In this document: positions 9,462 through 19,189 of the stretch, piece after piece | How the letters are laid out: the number at the start of each line of letters is the position of its first letter | Numbering within the stretch: position 1 is the first letter of the stretch | DNA from: Enterobacteria phage mEp213 | Sequence record: NC_019720.1 | DNA: 44,120 bases | Strand: one strand, 5' to 3' | Position numbers and translations under genes: made by a program | The notes under the pieces: generated by a model | Told to the model about the DNA's origin: nothing | What the model saw: the letters and a program-made list of their open reading frames with translations, nothing else | Database searches by the model: none

Positions 9462-12400
9462 CGACCTGGTCATCAACCTTGATGTCGACAGTGCTACTTT
9501 TAGCGAGCAGGTTGCCCGTATAAAGGGGCAGCTAACCGGAATGGGGGACGAATCCGAAAAAGTCCGCACACGTATGCAGCAGGCCGCAGAATTGCAGGCC
9601 TCGGCGCTTGCTAAAGCAGCGGCAGGCAGCGGTGCGGCCATGTCGGATATGTTGGCTCAGCAGTCAACGGCTGCAGCTGGTCTTAGCGCTGACATGCAAA
9701 AAGTCGGCGAGTCCGTTGAACAAACCTACCAGCGAGTGGCTGGATTAAGTGAGCAACTCAGGGAGAACGCATCCCGGGCATCAGCGCTTGCGCAGCAACA
9801 GGATGCGCTGGCGGCGTCGTTCTATCGACAGATTGACGGCGTGAGGTCGCTGACCGGAGAAACGGACTCTCTGTCGTCGGTTCAGGAGCAATTCCGGAAG
9901 GCCCGTGCGCAGGGGAATATCACGCAGCAGGATTATCTTGCGCTGATATCCCAGACCACAGCCCGGCAAAAAGAACTACAACAGGCCGAAGAAAAAGCCA
10001 GTCAGGCTCGATCCCGGTTTCTTCAACAGCTCAAAACCCAGGTTGAAGAACAAAAATTATCCAGAACCGAATTACTGAATCTGAAGGCCGCGCAACTGGG
10101 TGTAAGTGAAGAAGCTGCACCACTTATTGCAAGACTTCAGGAACAGGAAAATGCATGGAGAAAAGGAACGCTCAGTGCCGGGCAGTATCGCCAGGCGATC
10201 CGTATGTTACCCGCTCAGTTTACGGATATTGCAACCTCGATAGCAGGTGGAATGCCGCTGTGGATGGTCCTGATGCAGCAGGGCGGGCAAATCAGCGATT
10301 CATTTGGTGGAGTCGGTAATCTTTTCCAGATTATCAAAGAAGAATTACTGGGGATTAAATCATCCGCAGATGAATCTGAGGAATCACTTTCTGAAAACGC
10401 CAATGCACTGGCGGAGAATGCAGAACACAGCAGAGGTTTTCTGAGGGCTCTGACTCCAGTACGTCTTGCTATGGGTGGACTTGTCGGGGGGCTGGCACTA
10501 TTGGCCTTTGCCTGGTACAAAGGCAGCAGTGAAGCATCTGAATTTAATAAACAGCTTATTCTGACGGGGAATTATGCCGGTAAGACAACCGGACAGCTGA
10601 GCGATTTAGCTCGCAAAATTTCAGAAACGGCAGGTGTCACCACCGGAAATGCAGCTGCCACTCTTGCGAAGGTTGTTGGTAGCGGGCAGTTCCGGGGAAA
10701 CCAGCTGGAATACATCACCACGGCGGCTGCAGCAATGGAGGACGCGGTCGGGCAGTCGGTTGATAAAACGCTCGCGAACTTTAAGAAATTATATGATTCG
10801 CCAACACAGGCGTCAGAAGAGCTTAACAGTCAGCTACATTACCTCTCGGCAGCTCAGTTCCAATATATTTCCGAGCTTGAGCGCAGGGGGGATAAAGAGG
10901 CGGCAGGAGAAAAGGCCGCGCAGGCTTACAGTGCTGCTGAGCAACAGCGAAGCCAGCAGATACTTGATAACCTGGGTTTGATAGATCGCTTTGTTCGTGG
11001 TGTAACGGATACCTGGGGTGCTTACTGGGATGCCGCCCTGGGTATTGGTCGCCAGCAAACGGCCAGCGATCAGCTGGAGTCTGTCAGGGCGCGGATAAAA
11101 ACACTGACGGATAACACCCGGCCGGGTGTTTTTGGAATGGGCAATACTGGTGATGGGGGGGCCGCAGAAAAAGAGTTGGCCTCATTACGTCAGAAGGAAA
11201 GTGAACTTACTTTTGTAATTCGTTCACAGGAGGGGTACAACCAGGCACAGGCCAAATCGCAGCAGTTGAATACTGAAGGAGTGAAAGCCCAGGGGATACT
11301 GAACAAGTTCCTGGACGCAGGCGCGAGCAAAGCACAGAAAAGGGCAGACGCGGAAAGGGAACTCAATAAAGCCATCACAACCAATGCTGAACTGGTCAAA
11401 AAAACGCAATTTCTTCCTGAGGGCCAGCGCGTTAAGCCTCTCAGTAAGGCAGAAATTGCTCAGGCCAGAAAGGGAATAGAGGAACTCTATAAAGATCCAA
11501 AAGTCCCTAAATCAAAAGGATATACCGCCCCTGCTGGTGACAAAGCCGAGGAAAAGGCGCAGGCCGAACTTCTCACCCTTCAGGCCCAGCTTAAAACGCT
11601 CGAGCAGCATATCAGCGTAAACGACGTTATCAGCAAACAGCGTCAGGATCTCTGGCAGACTGAAAATCAGTTCACCGTTCTGCAGGAGGCCGCGGGGCGT
11701 CGTCAGCTTACGGCGCAGGAAAAATCACTGCTGGCGCACAAGGAAGAAACGCTCGAGTACAAGCGGCAGCTGGCCGACCTGGGAGATAAGGTTGCTCAAC
11801 AGCAAAAGCTCAACCAACTGGCCGATCAGGCCGTGAAGTTTGAGCAGCAGCAAAAAGCCGCCAGGGCGGGCCTGCAGGCTCAGTCTGAGGGGGTATCCAC
11901 CCGGGAAGCAGGGCGACAAACTACGCTGCAGCGCCTCAGCGAAAGCTATTCGTACAACCCTCAGGCGCAGCAAAAGGTTCTCGAAGAGCAAAGGGCGACG
12001 TTCGAGGCTGAAGATGCCCTGCGTGCAAACTGGCTGGCCGGAGCGAAACAGGGCTGGGCCGAATATCAGGATTCAGCGACAAACGTTTTCAGCTCTGTTC
12101 AGCAGATTTCGCAGGCAACGTTCAGCGGGCTGGCGGGCCAGCTTACCAGCCTGACGACAACCGGGAAGGCGAGCTTCAGGGAATTCACCAGCTCGATCCT
12201 TAAAATGATTGTGTCCGTTATCAACCAGCTGCTGGTGGCTTACACCATCCAGAGTGCAATGGGCTGGGTTAGCGGCGGGGCGAAAACCTCCTCTGCCGGT
12301 CAGTCATTCGCGGTCCCGTCATACCGGCCACAGGGTTTTGACGTGGGCGGTTTTACCGGGCACGGCGGCAAGTACGAGCCAGCCGGTATCGTTCACCGCG

Positions 12401-12705
12401 GGGAATTCGTCTTCACCAAAGAATCAACCAGCCGCATCGGCGTGGCTAATCTCTATCGCCTGATGCGCGGGTATGCCTCGGGTGGTCTGGTCGGCGGCGG
12501 GAGCGCAGTCGGTGCTGGTATGGGGGGGATAAGTGTTTATGCCCCAGTCAGCATCAGCCAGCAGGGGGGAGACGGAAACATAAATCAGGCGAACGCCACG
12601 GGGACGGCGAAACAGCTGCAGGCGATTGTTCAGCAGACAATCACCGAGCGACTGAAAAAAGAAATGTCCGCAGGCGGCGTGCTTTATTCGAGGAGGACAC
12701 AGTGA
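9445..12705 (+). CDS. H: Tail tape measure protein H
   Basis: 1086 aa; long helical Ala/Gln-rich body; lambda gpH-like N- and C-terminal motifs (QYRQAIRMLPAQFTD, GKYEPAGIVHRGEFVFTKE). Confidence 0.9.
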   Translation: MAQQISDLVINLDVDSATFSEQVARIKGQLTGMGDESEKVRTRMQQAAELQASALAKAAAGSGAAMSDMLAQQSTAAAGLSADMQKVGESVEQTYQRVAGLSEQLRENASRASALAQQQDALAASFYRQIDGVRSLTGETDSLSSVQEQFRKARAQGNITQQDYLALISQTTARQKELQQAEEKASQARSRFLQQLKTQVEEQKLSRTELLNLKAAQLGVSEEAAPLIARLQEQENAWRKGTLSAGQYRQAIRMLPAQFTDIATSIAGGMPLWMVLMQQGGQISDSFGGVGNLFQIIKEELLGIKSSADESEESLSENANALAENAEHSRGFLRALTPVRLAMGGLVGGLALLAFAWYKGSSEASEFNKQLILTGNYAGKTTGQLSDLARKISETAGVTTGNAAATLAKVVGSGQFRGNQLEYITTAAAAMEDAVGQSVDKTLANFKKLYDSPTQASEELNSQLHYLSAAQFQYISELERRGDKEAAGEKAAQAYSAAEQQRSQQILDNLGLIDRFVRGVTDTWGAYWDAALGIGRQQTASDQLESVRARIKTLTDNTRPGVFGMGNTGDGGAAEKELASLRQKESELTFVIRSQEGYNQAQAKSQQLNTEGVKAQGILNKFLDAGASKAQKRADAERELNKAITTNAELVKKTQFLPEGQRVKPLSKAEIAQARKGIEELYKDPKVPKSKGYTAPAGDKAEEKAQAELLTLQAQLKTLEQHISVNDVISKQRQDLWQTENQFTVLQEAAGRRQLTAQEKSLLAHKEETLEYKRQLADLGDKVAQQQKLNQLADQAVKFEQQQKAARAGLQAQSEGVSTREAGRQTTLQRLSESYSYNPQAQQKVLEEQRATFEAEDALRANWLAGAKQGWAEYQDSATNVFSSVQQISQATFSGLAGQLTSLTTTGKASFREFTSSILKMIVSVINQLLVAYTIQSAMGWVSGGAKTSSAGQSFAVPSYRPQGFDVGGFTGHGGKYEPAGIVHRGEFVFTKESTSRIGVANLYRLMRGYASGGLVGGGSAVGAGMGGISVYAPVSISQQGGDGNINQANATGTAKQLQAIVQQTITERLKKEMSAGGVLYSRRTQ

Positions 12706-13040
12706 CGGACACATTTACCTGGCGCACGCGCAAAACCGCGCAGGGCACTGAAACAGCCCGAACGCTGCAGGCCCAGTTCGGGGATGGCTACAAACAGATA
12801 GCAGGGATGGGAATCAACGACAAACAGGAAACGTGGAATCTGGACTGGACTGGAACCAGACAGGAGGCGGCTGCGCTGCGTGCTTTTCTGATGTCTCACG
12901 TTACTAAATCGTTCTGGTGGACCACGCCATGGGGTGAAAAAAAGTTGTTCAGAATGAAGGCCGATTCGTTCAGCGTTTCTTTCCCTACCGGGAAAAAAGC
13001 CACTGTGGCCTTCACTTTTGAACAGGCGTTCGCGCCCTGA
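12702..13040 (+). CDS. M: Minor tail protein M
   Basis: 112 aa; FGDGY.Q motif; GTG start overlaps H stop. Confidence 0.85.
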   Translation: MTDTFTWRTRKTAQGTETARTLQAQFGDGYKQIAGMGINDKQETWNLDWTGTRQEAAALRAFLMSHVTKSFWWTTPWGEKKLFRMKADSFSVSFPTGKKATVAFTFEQAFAP

Positions 13041-13060
13041 TTTTCTCGACAAACACTGAA

Positions 13061-13089
13061 AGCTGCCTCCGGGCGGCTTTTTTTTATGG
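13061..13089 (+). terminator. Intrinsic terminator-like hairpin between M and L
   Basis: AGCTGCC-TCCG-GGCGGCT stem-loop (one wobble pair) followed by T9. Confidence 0.5.
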
Positions 13090-13096
13090 GGGGAGT

Positions 13097-13834
13097 ATGA
13101 GTTTTACGGCAGACATACAACAGCTTGAGCCCGGCAGCGTTATTCAGCTGATTGAGATCGACGGCACTGAATTCGGTATGGATCAGGTGCTGCGTTTTCA
13201 TGCGCACAATATTCAGGAAGAGGGGTGGGCAGCCTTCGCCGCAGAAAATCTGCCCGCCATTATCTGGCAGGGAAACCAGTACGATCCCCATCCCTACGAA
13301 CTTAAGGGGATGGAGTTATCGAGTACAGGTTCCCAGCCAACGCCCACGCTGTCCGTCGGGAACGTCGGAAACTATGTCACCGCGCTGTGTCTTGAATATG
13401 ACGATATGGTCAGGGCTAAGGTCAAAATCCACACCACGCTTTCGAAGTATCTCGATGCCGCCAACTGGAAAAACGGTAACCCGGGTGCCAGCCCGGCCGA
13501 TGAGCGCGTACAGCTCTTTTACGTCAATGCTAAAACCGCAGAGACGCGGGTACAGGTTGATTTCGAGCTGTGTTCTCCTTTCGATATTCAGAGCCTGCAG
13601 CTGCCGACACGGCAGATTACGCCTGTCTGCACCTGGTGTATGCGGGGCTGGTACCGAAGCGGGACCGGATGCGATTACAACGGCACGAAATACTTTACCA
13701 AAGACGGTACACCGACCGATGACCCGTCGAAAGATGTATGTGGCGGCCGCCGGCAGGATTGTCAGGATCGTCACGGCCCGGACGCGCCGCTGCCGTTCGG
13801 CGGTTTTCCGGCTGCAAACCTGCAGGGGAAATAA
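13097..13834 (+). CDS. L: Minor tail protein L
   Basis: 245 aa; W.G..Y.P.P, TCTW, GGF motifs as in lambda gpL; Cys-rich C-terminus. Confidence 0.85.
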   Translation: MSFTADIQQLEPGSVIQLIEIDGTEFGMDQVLRFHAHNIQEEGWAAFAAENLPAIIWQGNQYDPHPYELKGMELSSTGSQPTPTLSVGNVGNYVTALCLEYDDMVRAKVKIHTTLSKYLDAANWKNGNPGASPADERVQLFYVNAKTAETRVQVDFELCSPFDIQSLQLPTRQITPVCTWCMRGWYRSGTGCDYNGTKYFTKDGTPTDDPSKDVCGGRRQDCQDRHGPDAPLPFGGFPAANLQGK

Positions 13835-13835
13835 A

Positions 13836-14555
13836 ATGCGTGAAAAATTGCTGGATGCTATCCGTCAGCACGTCGCTGCTGAATACCCCAAAGAAGCCTG
13901 CGGCCTGATTGTTCAGTCAGGCCAGCAACAAATCTTTATTCCCTGCCGCAACATTGCCGATAAGCCCGAGGAGACATTCACGCTCTCCCCGGAAGACCAG
14001 CTCGCTGCCCGCGCGCGCGGTGAGATCATCATGCTCATTCATTCCCATCCGGATGTGGTTCGGCTGGTGCCATCGGAGCTGGACCGGATCCAGTGCGACT
14101 GGTCGGGGATTGAGTGGGGGATCATGTCCTGGCCGGACGGGGATTTTTGTACGATTTCCCCGCGTGAAGACCGGGATTATGCCGGGCGGCAGTGGGTGCT
14201 GGGTTACGCCGACTGCTGGTCGCTTATCCGTGAATTTTATCTGCGCGAATACGGCATTGTTCTCGGCAATTATTCAGTACCTTACGAATGGTGGGAAAGC
14301 GGCGAGGAGCGGCTCTACGACGACAACTGGGAGCGTGAGGGATTTGTTGAGGTTGCCGCTGGTGCAATGCAGCCAGGGGACATCATCATGATGAGTGTGC
14401 AGGCATCGGTGACTAATCACGCCGCGGTATATGTGGGTGACAACATCATTCTCCATCATCTTTTCGGGCACCTTTCTTCGCGAACGCCTTATGGAAAATA
14501 TTATCGCGACAGAACGGTCCGGGTGGTCAGGCATAAGGACAGAATGCATGGTTAA
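13836..14555 (+). CDS. K: Tail assembly protein K (JAB/MPN plus NlpC/P60-like)
   Basis: EYP.EACGL and HSHP motifs, C-terminal Cys/His residues; the listed 467-aa ORF is trimmed to ATG 13836 after the L stop. Confidence 0.85.
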   Translation: MREKLLDAIRQHVAAEYPKEACGLIVQSGQQQIFIPCRNIADKPEETFTLSPEDQLAARARGEIIMLIHSHPDVVRLVPSELDRIQCDWSGIEWGIMSWPDGDFCTISPREDRDYAGRQWVLGYADCWSLIREFYLREYGIVLGNYSVPYEWWESGEERLYDDNWEREGFVEVAAGAMQPGDIIMMSVQASVTNHAAVYVGDNIILHHLFGHLSSRTPYGKYYRDRTVRVVRHKDRMHG

Positions 14556-15165
14556 GACGCTAATTCTCGAAGGGAAAATGGCTAAAAAATTCGGTAAACG
14601 CGTTCAGTTTGATGTTGCCGATCTGCGCGAAATGCTCAGGGCCATGTGTTCACAGGTTCCCGGATTCAAAAAATATATGTCGGAAGCTCATATGAAGGGG
14701 ATCCGTTTCGCCTTTTTTAACGGTGACAACAATATCGGGCTGGAAGAGTTTGATATGACCCGCGGTGGAAGCGTGTACCGGATCGTGCCCGTTTATGAGG
14801 GGGCCAAAAATTCAGGCGTCCTGCAGATAGTTGTCGGGGCTGTTGCGCTGGTCGCTGCATTCTTTACCGCTGGTGCGAGCATGGCAGCCTGGGGCGCGGC
14901 GATGAGTGCAACAGCTATCAGCGCCACGTCAATTCTGACAGGGGTCGGAGTGTCGATGATGCTGGGGGGCGTTGTCCAGATGCTCACGCCCCAGCCATCC
15001 TTCGGCGCGGGTAAATCCTCCAGCACGGACAACACGCCTAACTACGCCTTCGGGGCGCCGGTCAATACCGTCGCTATGGGGCATCCTGTCCCCCTGGCCT
15101 ACGGTCTGACTGAGGCAGGGGGAGCGATAGTCAGCGCCGGTATGTACTCGAGCGATCAGCAGTAG
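14548..15165 (+). CDS. I: Tail assembly protein I
   Basis: N-terminal ubiquitin-like segment and Gly/Ala-rich hydrophobic C-terminus as in lambda gpI; start overlaps K stop. Confidence 0.8.
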   Translation: MVKTLILEGKMAKKFGKRVQFDVADLREMLRAMCSQVPGFKKYMSEAHMKGIRFAFFNGDNNIGLEEFDMTRGGSVYRIVPVYEGAKNSGVLQIVVGAVALVAAFFTAGASMAAWGAAMSATAISATSILTGVGVSMMLGGVVQMLTPQPSFGAGKSSSTDNTPNYAFGAPVNTVAMGHPVPLAYGLTEAGGAIVSAGMYSSDQQ

Positions 15166-15187
15166 GCCTGTGGCCACTAACTTAAAG

Positions 15188-15207
15188 GTGCTTCGGCACT
15201 TTTTTTA
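15188..15207 (+). terminator. Terminator-like hairpin immediately upstream of J
   Basis: GTGC-TTCG-GCAC stem-loop followed by T7 that runs into the J start codon. Confidence 0.4.
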
Positions 15208-18200
15208 TGGGTGAAAAAATGCAGCTTCTTAAACAAGAAACCATCCTGCAGGGTGCCAAAGGGGGAGGTGGCAGTTCACATACTCCTGTTGAGCAGCCTG
15301 ACGATCTGTTGTCGGTCGCAAAATTAAAAATGCTCATTGCCGTTTCTGAGGGGGAAATACAGGGCGACCTGACCGCTCAGAATATTTTTCTCAACGATAC
15401 GCCGCTGGCAAACGACAGCGGGGAATACAACTTCAGCGGCGTGAAATGGGAGTTCCGCAAGGGCACACAGGACCAGACCTATATTGCCGGGATGCCCCAG
15501 GTCGACAACGAGCTGGCCGTGGGCACAACTGTCACCACCACCGCGCCCTGGACGCGCCAGTTTACAAACCTTTCCCTGGATGCCATCCGTATCAAGCTCA
15601 GCCTTCCGGTCCAGTATCTCTATAAAGATAATGGCGATATGGTGGGCACGGTCACCGAGTATGCGATCGATTTATCAACGGACGGCGGCGCCTGGAAAAC
15701 GGTTGTAAACGGCAAGTTTGACGGAAAGACCAAGACGGAATATCAGCGTGACCACCGTATCGATCTGCCAAAATCCACGTCCGGCTGGTCTGTCAGGGTC
15801 AGGCGTATTACGGCTGATGCCAGCGGATCAAATTCGAAACTGGTTAACGCCTTCAAGGTGTTTTCGTATGCGGAAGTCATCGACAGCAAGCTTCGTTATC
15901 CTTTAACAGCGCTCCTGTATGTCGAAGTGGACAGCAGCCAATTCAACGGCAGCGCGCCGAAAGTGACCTGTAAGATAAAAGGCAAGCTGATTAAGGTTCC
16001 GGATAATTACGATCCGAAAACCCGAACCTATTCTGGTTCATGGTCCGGCGGGTTCAAAATGGCATGGTCCAATAACCCTGCCTGGATCTTTTACGATCTG
16101 GTTCTGGATGAAATTTACGGCATGGGCACGCGCGTGGATGCGTCCATGGTGGATAAGTGGGCGCTGTATTCAATCGCCCAGTACTGTGACGAAATGGTTT
16201 CCGACGGGGCCGGTGGCACCGAACCGCGTTTCACCTGCAACGTTTTCATTCAGAGCCAGGAGGACGCCTGGCAGGTACTTAACGATCTCGCCGCGGTATT
16301 TCGTGGAATAACGTTCTGGGGCAACGATCAGATTTATGTCCAGGCAGACGTCCCGCAGGACGATGTTGACTGGGTTTATAACGTCTCAAACGTTATCGAT
16401 GGGCTGTTTACTTATGCGGGCGGCTCATACAAGAATCGCTACAGCTCCTGCCTGGTGTCCTGGTCCGATCCGCAGAATCATTACAGCGATACCGTTGAGG
16501 GGGTCTACGATTCGGCGCTGGTAGAGCGTTACGACGTCCGGCAGACGTCCCTGACCGCAATCGGCTGCACCTCGCAAAGTGAAGCGCACCGGCGCGGTCG
16601 CTGGGTATTACTCTCCAATGCCAAAGACGGCACCGTATCGTTTGGCGTGGGGTTGGACGGTTATATCCCTTTGCCCGCTGAAATTATCGGTGTCGCCGAT
16701 CCTTTCCGTTCTGGTAAGGAGAACGGGGGCCGCATAAGCGCGGTCAACGGCCGCCAGATTACCCTTGATCGAGAAATAGACTACGCGGCGAAAGACCGGC
16801 TGGTGGTTAACCTTCCCGACGGAAAAGCCCAGACGCGGACAATCAGCGCGGTGAGCGCCGATAAAAAAACGGTGACGGTGGCTACGGCATTCAGTCAGGT
16901 TCCTGTGGCTGGCGCTGTCTGGGCGATAGACAGTGATAACCTCGCAATACAGTACTTCAGGGTCACCTCAATCGCGGCTAACGACGACAGCACAGGCGGT
17001 TTCACTATTACGGCCGTTCAGCACGATCCAAACAAATATCGTTACATCGATGACGGCGTTCGGGTCGAGTCTCCCCCGATCACCGTCACGCCGATAAGCG
17101 TCCTGTCTGCTCCGAAGAATATCGTGGTGACTGAGAGCGATCATGTGTCTCAGGGGCTGACTGTAGCAAGCCTGGACGTGTCATGGGATAAGGTAGAGGG
17201 CGCAATCCGGTATGTTGCCCAGTGGCGTAAGGACAACGGGGACTGGATAAACGTTCCGGTTACCAGCGCGCAGGGTTTCTCGGTTCAGGGCATTTATTCG
17301 GGCAGCTATGACGTGCGCGTACGGGCACTGAATGCGCAGGATACGTCGTCACCATGGGGATACGGTGAAACAACTTATCTCTCCGGTAAAACGGGAAAAC
17401 CGGGTACTCCGCTCAACTTCCTGGCGACCGAAGATGTGGTCTGGCATATCGACCTGACATGGAAATTTCCGGATGGCTCAGGCGACACGGCCTATACAGA
17501 GATTCAGCGCGCCACAACTGCCGACTACGCCAATCCTGAACTGCTGGTCCTGGTGCCGTACCCGGCTGCAGATTATCAGCATGGCCCCATGCCTGCCGGC
17601 GTTCGCCAGTGGTACCGCGCGCGCCTGATTGACCGTATCGGTAACGCCGGGGACTGGACCGACTGGATCATGGGCACGTCCTCGATAGATGTCAGCGAAA
17701 TAACCAATGACATTCTGGAGGATATGAAAGAGTCGGAAACGTTCAAAGACCTGATCGAGAACGCGGTGGACAGCAACGAAAAAATTGCTGGCATGGCTAA
17801 CGATATCAAACAGGCTAACGACGAACTGGAGCAGCAAGCGAAAGATATCGCCAAAAATGCCCAGGACGTAGGGAAGGTTCAGACCAGCGTTAATGAGCTT
17901 TCCAGCACGGTCGGGAATGTTTCGTCTTCACTCAGTCAGCTTGAGCAGACCGTTGCGACGGCTGATACCGCCCTGGGCCAGCGAATCGACAACATCAGCG
18001 TTTCTATGGACGGCATGACGGGCGGGGTGAAGAACTCTGCAATTGCGATAATCCAGGCCAACCTCGCTCAGGTGGCCACGCGTAAAACCCTTTCTGCATC
18101 GGTCGCCGGCAACAGCGCGAATCTGGACCGTATTGATGAGGTGATTGTCAACGACAGGGAGGCAACGGCGCGCTCGCTGCTGAGCCTGCAGACGGACGTT

Positions 18201-18887
18201 AACGGCAACAAGGCATCCATAAACAGCCTGAATCAGACGTTCTCCGACTATCAGCAGGCAACGGCGCGCTCGCTGCTGAGCCTGCAGACGGACGTTAACG
18301 GCAACAAGGCATCCATAAACAGCCTGAATCAGACGTTCTCCGACTATCAGCAGGCAACGGCCACGCAGATAAACGGCATCACGGCGACCGTGAACGGGCA
18401 TACCTCAGCCATCACCACTAATGCTCAGGCGATAGCCAACGTTAATGGCGACCTCAGCGCGATGTATAACATCAAGGTTGGCGTAACCAGTAACGGGCAG
18501 TATTACGCTGCCGGGATGGGGATTGGGGTTCAGAATACACCCTCCGGCATGCAGTCACAGGTAATATTCCTGGCCGACCGATTTGCTGTTACCACTGCTG
18601 CCGGAAACAGCGTGGCGTTACCATTTGTGATCCAGAATGGTCAGACGTTCATCAGGGCCAGCTTCATTCAGGACGGTACCATTGAGAACGCCAAAATCGG
18701 TAACTATATCCAGTCGAATAACTATGTGGCTGGCTCTGCAGGCTGGAAACTTGATAAGGGGGGCACCTGGGAAAACTGCGGCAGCGACGGTCAGGGAGCA
18801 AGAAAATCCACCAATGTCACTGACAGTATCAGGGATTCAAATGGCGTGCTCCGCGTGCAAATCGGCAAACTTACAGGGGTGTTTTGA
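15207..18887 (+). CDS. J: Tail tip/central fibre protein J (host specificity)
   Basis: 1226 aa; lambda gpJ-like through the N-terminal two-thirds (SSHTP, KWALY.I.QYCD, GGTEPR.TCN); divergent, shorter C-terminus. Confidence 0.9.
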   Translation: MGEKMQLLKQETILQGAKGGGGSSHTPVEQPDDLLSVAKLKMLIAVSEGEIQGDLTAQNIFLNDTPLANDSGEYNFSGVKWEFRKGTQDQTYIAGMPQVDNELAVGTTVTTTAPWTRQFTNLSLDAIRIKLSLPVQYLYKDNGDMVGTVTEYAIDLSTDGGAWKTVVNGKFDGKTKTEYQRDHRIDLPKSTSGWSVRVRRITADASGSNSKLVNAFKVFSYAEVIDSKLRYPLTALLYVEVDSSQFNGSAPKVTCKIKGKLIKVPDNYDPKTRTYSGSWSGGFKMAWSNNPAWIFYDLVLDEIYGMGTRVDASMVDKWALYSIAQYCDEMVSDGAGGTEPRFTCNVFIQSQEDAWQVLNDLAAVFRGITFWGNDQIYVQADVPQDDVDWVYNVSNVIDGLFTYAGGSYKNRYSSCLVSWSDPQNHYSDTVEGVYDSALVERYDVRQTSLTAIGCTSQSEAHRRGRWVLLSNAKDGTVSFGVGLDGYIPLPAEIIGVADPFRSGKENGGRISAVNGRQITLDREIDYAAKDRLVVNLPDGKAQTRTISAVSADKKTVTVATAFSQVPVAGAVWAIDSDNLAIQYFRVTSIAANDDSTGGFTITAVQHDPNKYRYIDDGVRVESPPITVTPISVLSAPKNIVVTESDHVSQGLTVASLDVSWDKVEGAIRYVAQWRKDNGDWINVPVTSAQGFSVQGIYSGSYDVRVRALNAQDTSSPWGYGETTYLSGKTGKPGTPLNFLATEDVVWHIDLTWKFPDGSGDTAYTEIQRATTADYANPELLVLVPYPAADYQHGPMPAGVRQWYRARLIDRIGNAGDWTDWIMGTSSIDVSEITNDILEDMKESETFKDLIENAVDSNEKIAGMANDIKQANDELEQQAKDIAKNAQDVGKVQTSVNELSSTVGNVSSSLSQLEQTVATADTALGQRIDNISVSMDGMTGGVKNSAIAIIQANLAQVATRKTLSASVAGNSANLDRIDEVIVNDREATARSLLSLQTDVNGNKASINSLNQTFSDYQQATARSLLSLQTDVNGNKASINSLNQTFSDYQQATATQINGITATVNGHTSAITTNAQAIANVNGDLSAMYNIKVGVTSNGQYYAAGMGIGVQNTPSGMQSQVIFLADRFAVTTAAGNSVALPFVIQNGQTFIRASFIQDGTIENAKIGNYIQSNNYVAGSAGWKLDKGGTWENCGSDGQGARKSTNVTDSIRDSNGVLRVQIGKLTGVF
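18162..18353 (+). repeat. Perfect tandem duplication, 2 x 96 bp, in frame within J
   Basis: Identical 96-nt units at 18162-18257 and 18258-18353; encodes ATARSLLSLQTDVNGNKASINSLNQTFSDYQQ twice. Confidence 0.9.
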
Positions 18888-19189
18888 TGTCATGGGGTAT
18901 ACAAACATGGGATGCGTCGGGTAAACCCAACAACTACGGTATCAAGCCAGTTTCAGTTGTTGGGCGTATACAGCTGGCTGCCGGACAAAACTCCGGCAGT
19001 TGGTCTTTCGCGATGCCCTCAGGAATGAAGGTCGGCTTTGTGCTCTCACTTGATGAAGGTGGAAACAGCGTAGGGAGGCGCATTGTCGCGTCAGGGAACA
19101 CAATAACCGTAACCGCTGCCTCTTCTGTAGGCCTAGGTAATTACCCGGCCTCTAAGTGTGAGGTGATCGTTTTCATGGAGAAAGTATAG
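18884..19189 (+). CDS. Hypothetical protein, single copy of a domain repeated in the next ORF
   Basis: 101 aa; start overlaps J stop (TGATG); shares W-G-x3-W-D-A-S-G-K motif with the downstream ORF. Confidence 0.5.
   Translation: MMSWGIQTWDASGKPNNYGIKPVSVVGRIQLAAGQNSGSWSFAMPSGMKVGFVLSLDEGGNSVGRRIVASGNTITVTAASSVGLGNYPASKCEVIVFMEKV

Noticed and set aside
13152-14555. 467-aa ORF spanning the L and K region
   Set aside because: Its 5' two-thirds overlaps gpL in another frame and reads as low-complexity Arg/Ser/Pro sequence; only the part from ATG 13836 is gpK-like.
17928-18401. Minus-strand 157-aa ORF containing an internal repeat
   Set aside because: It is the antisense image of the J tandem duplication, not an independent gene.
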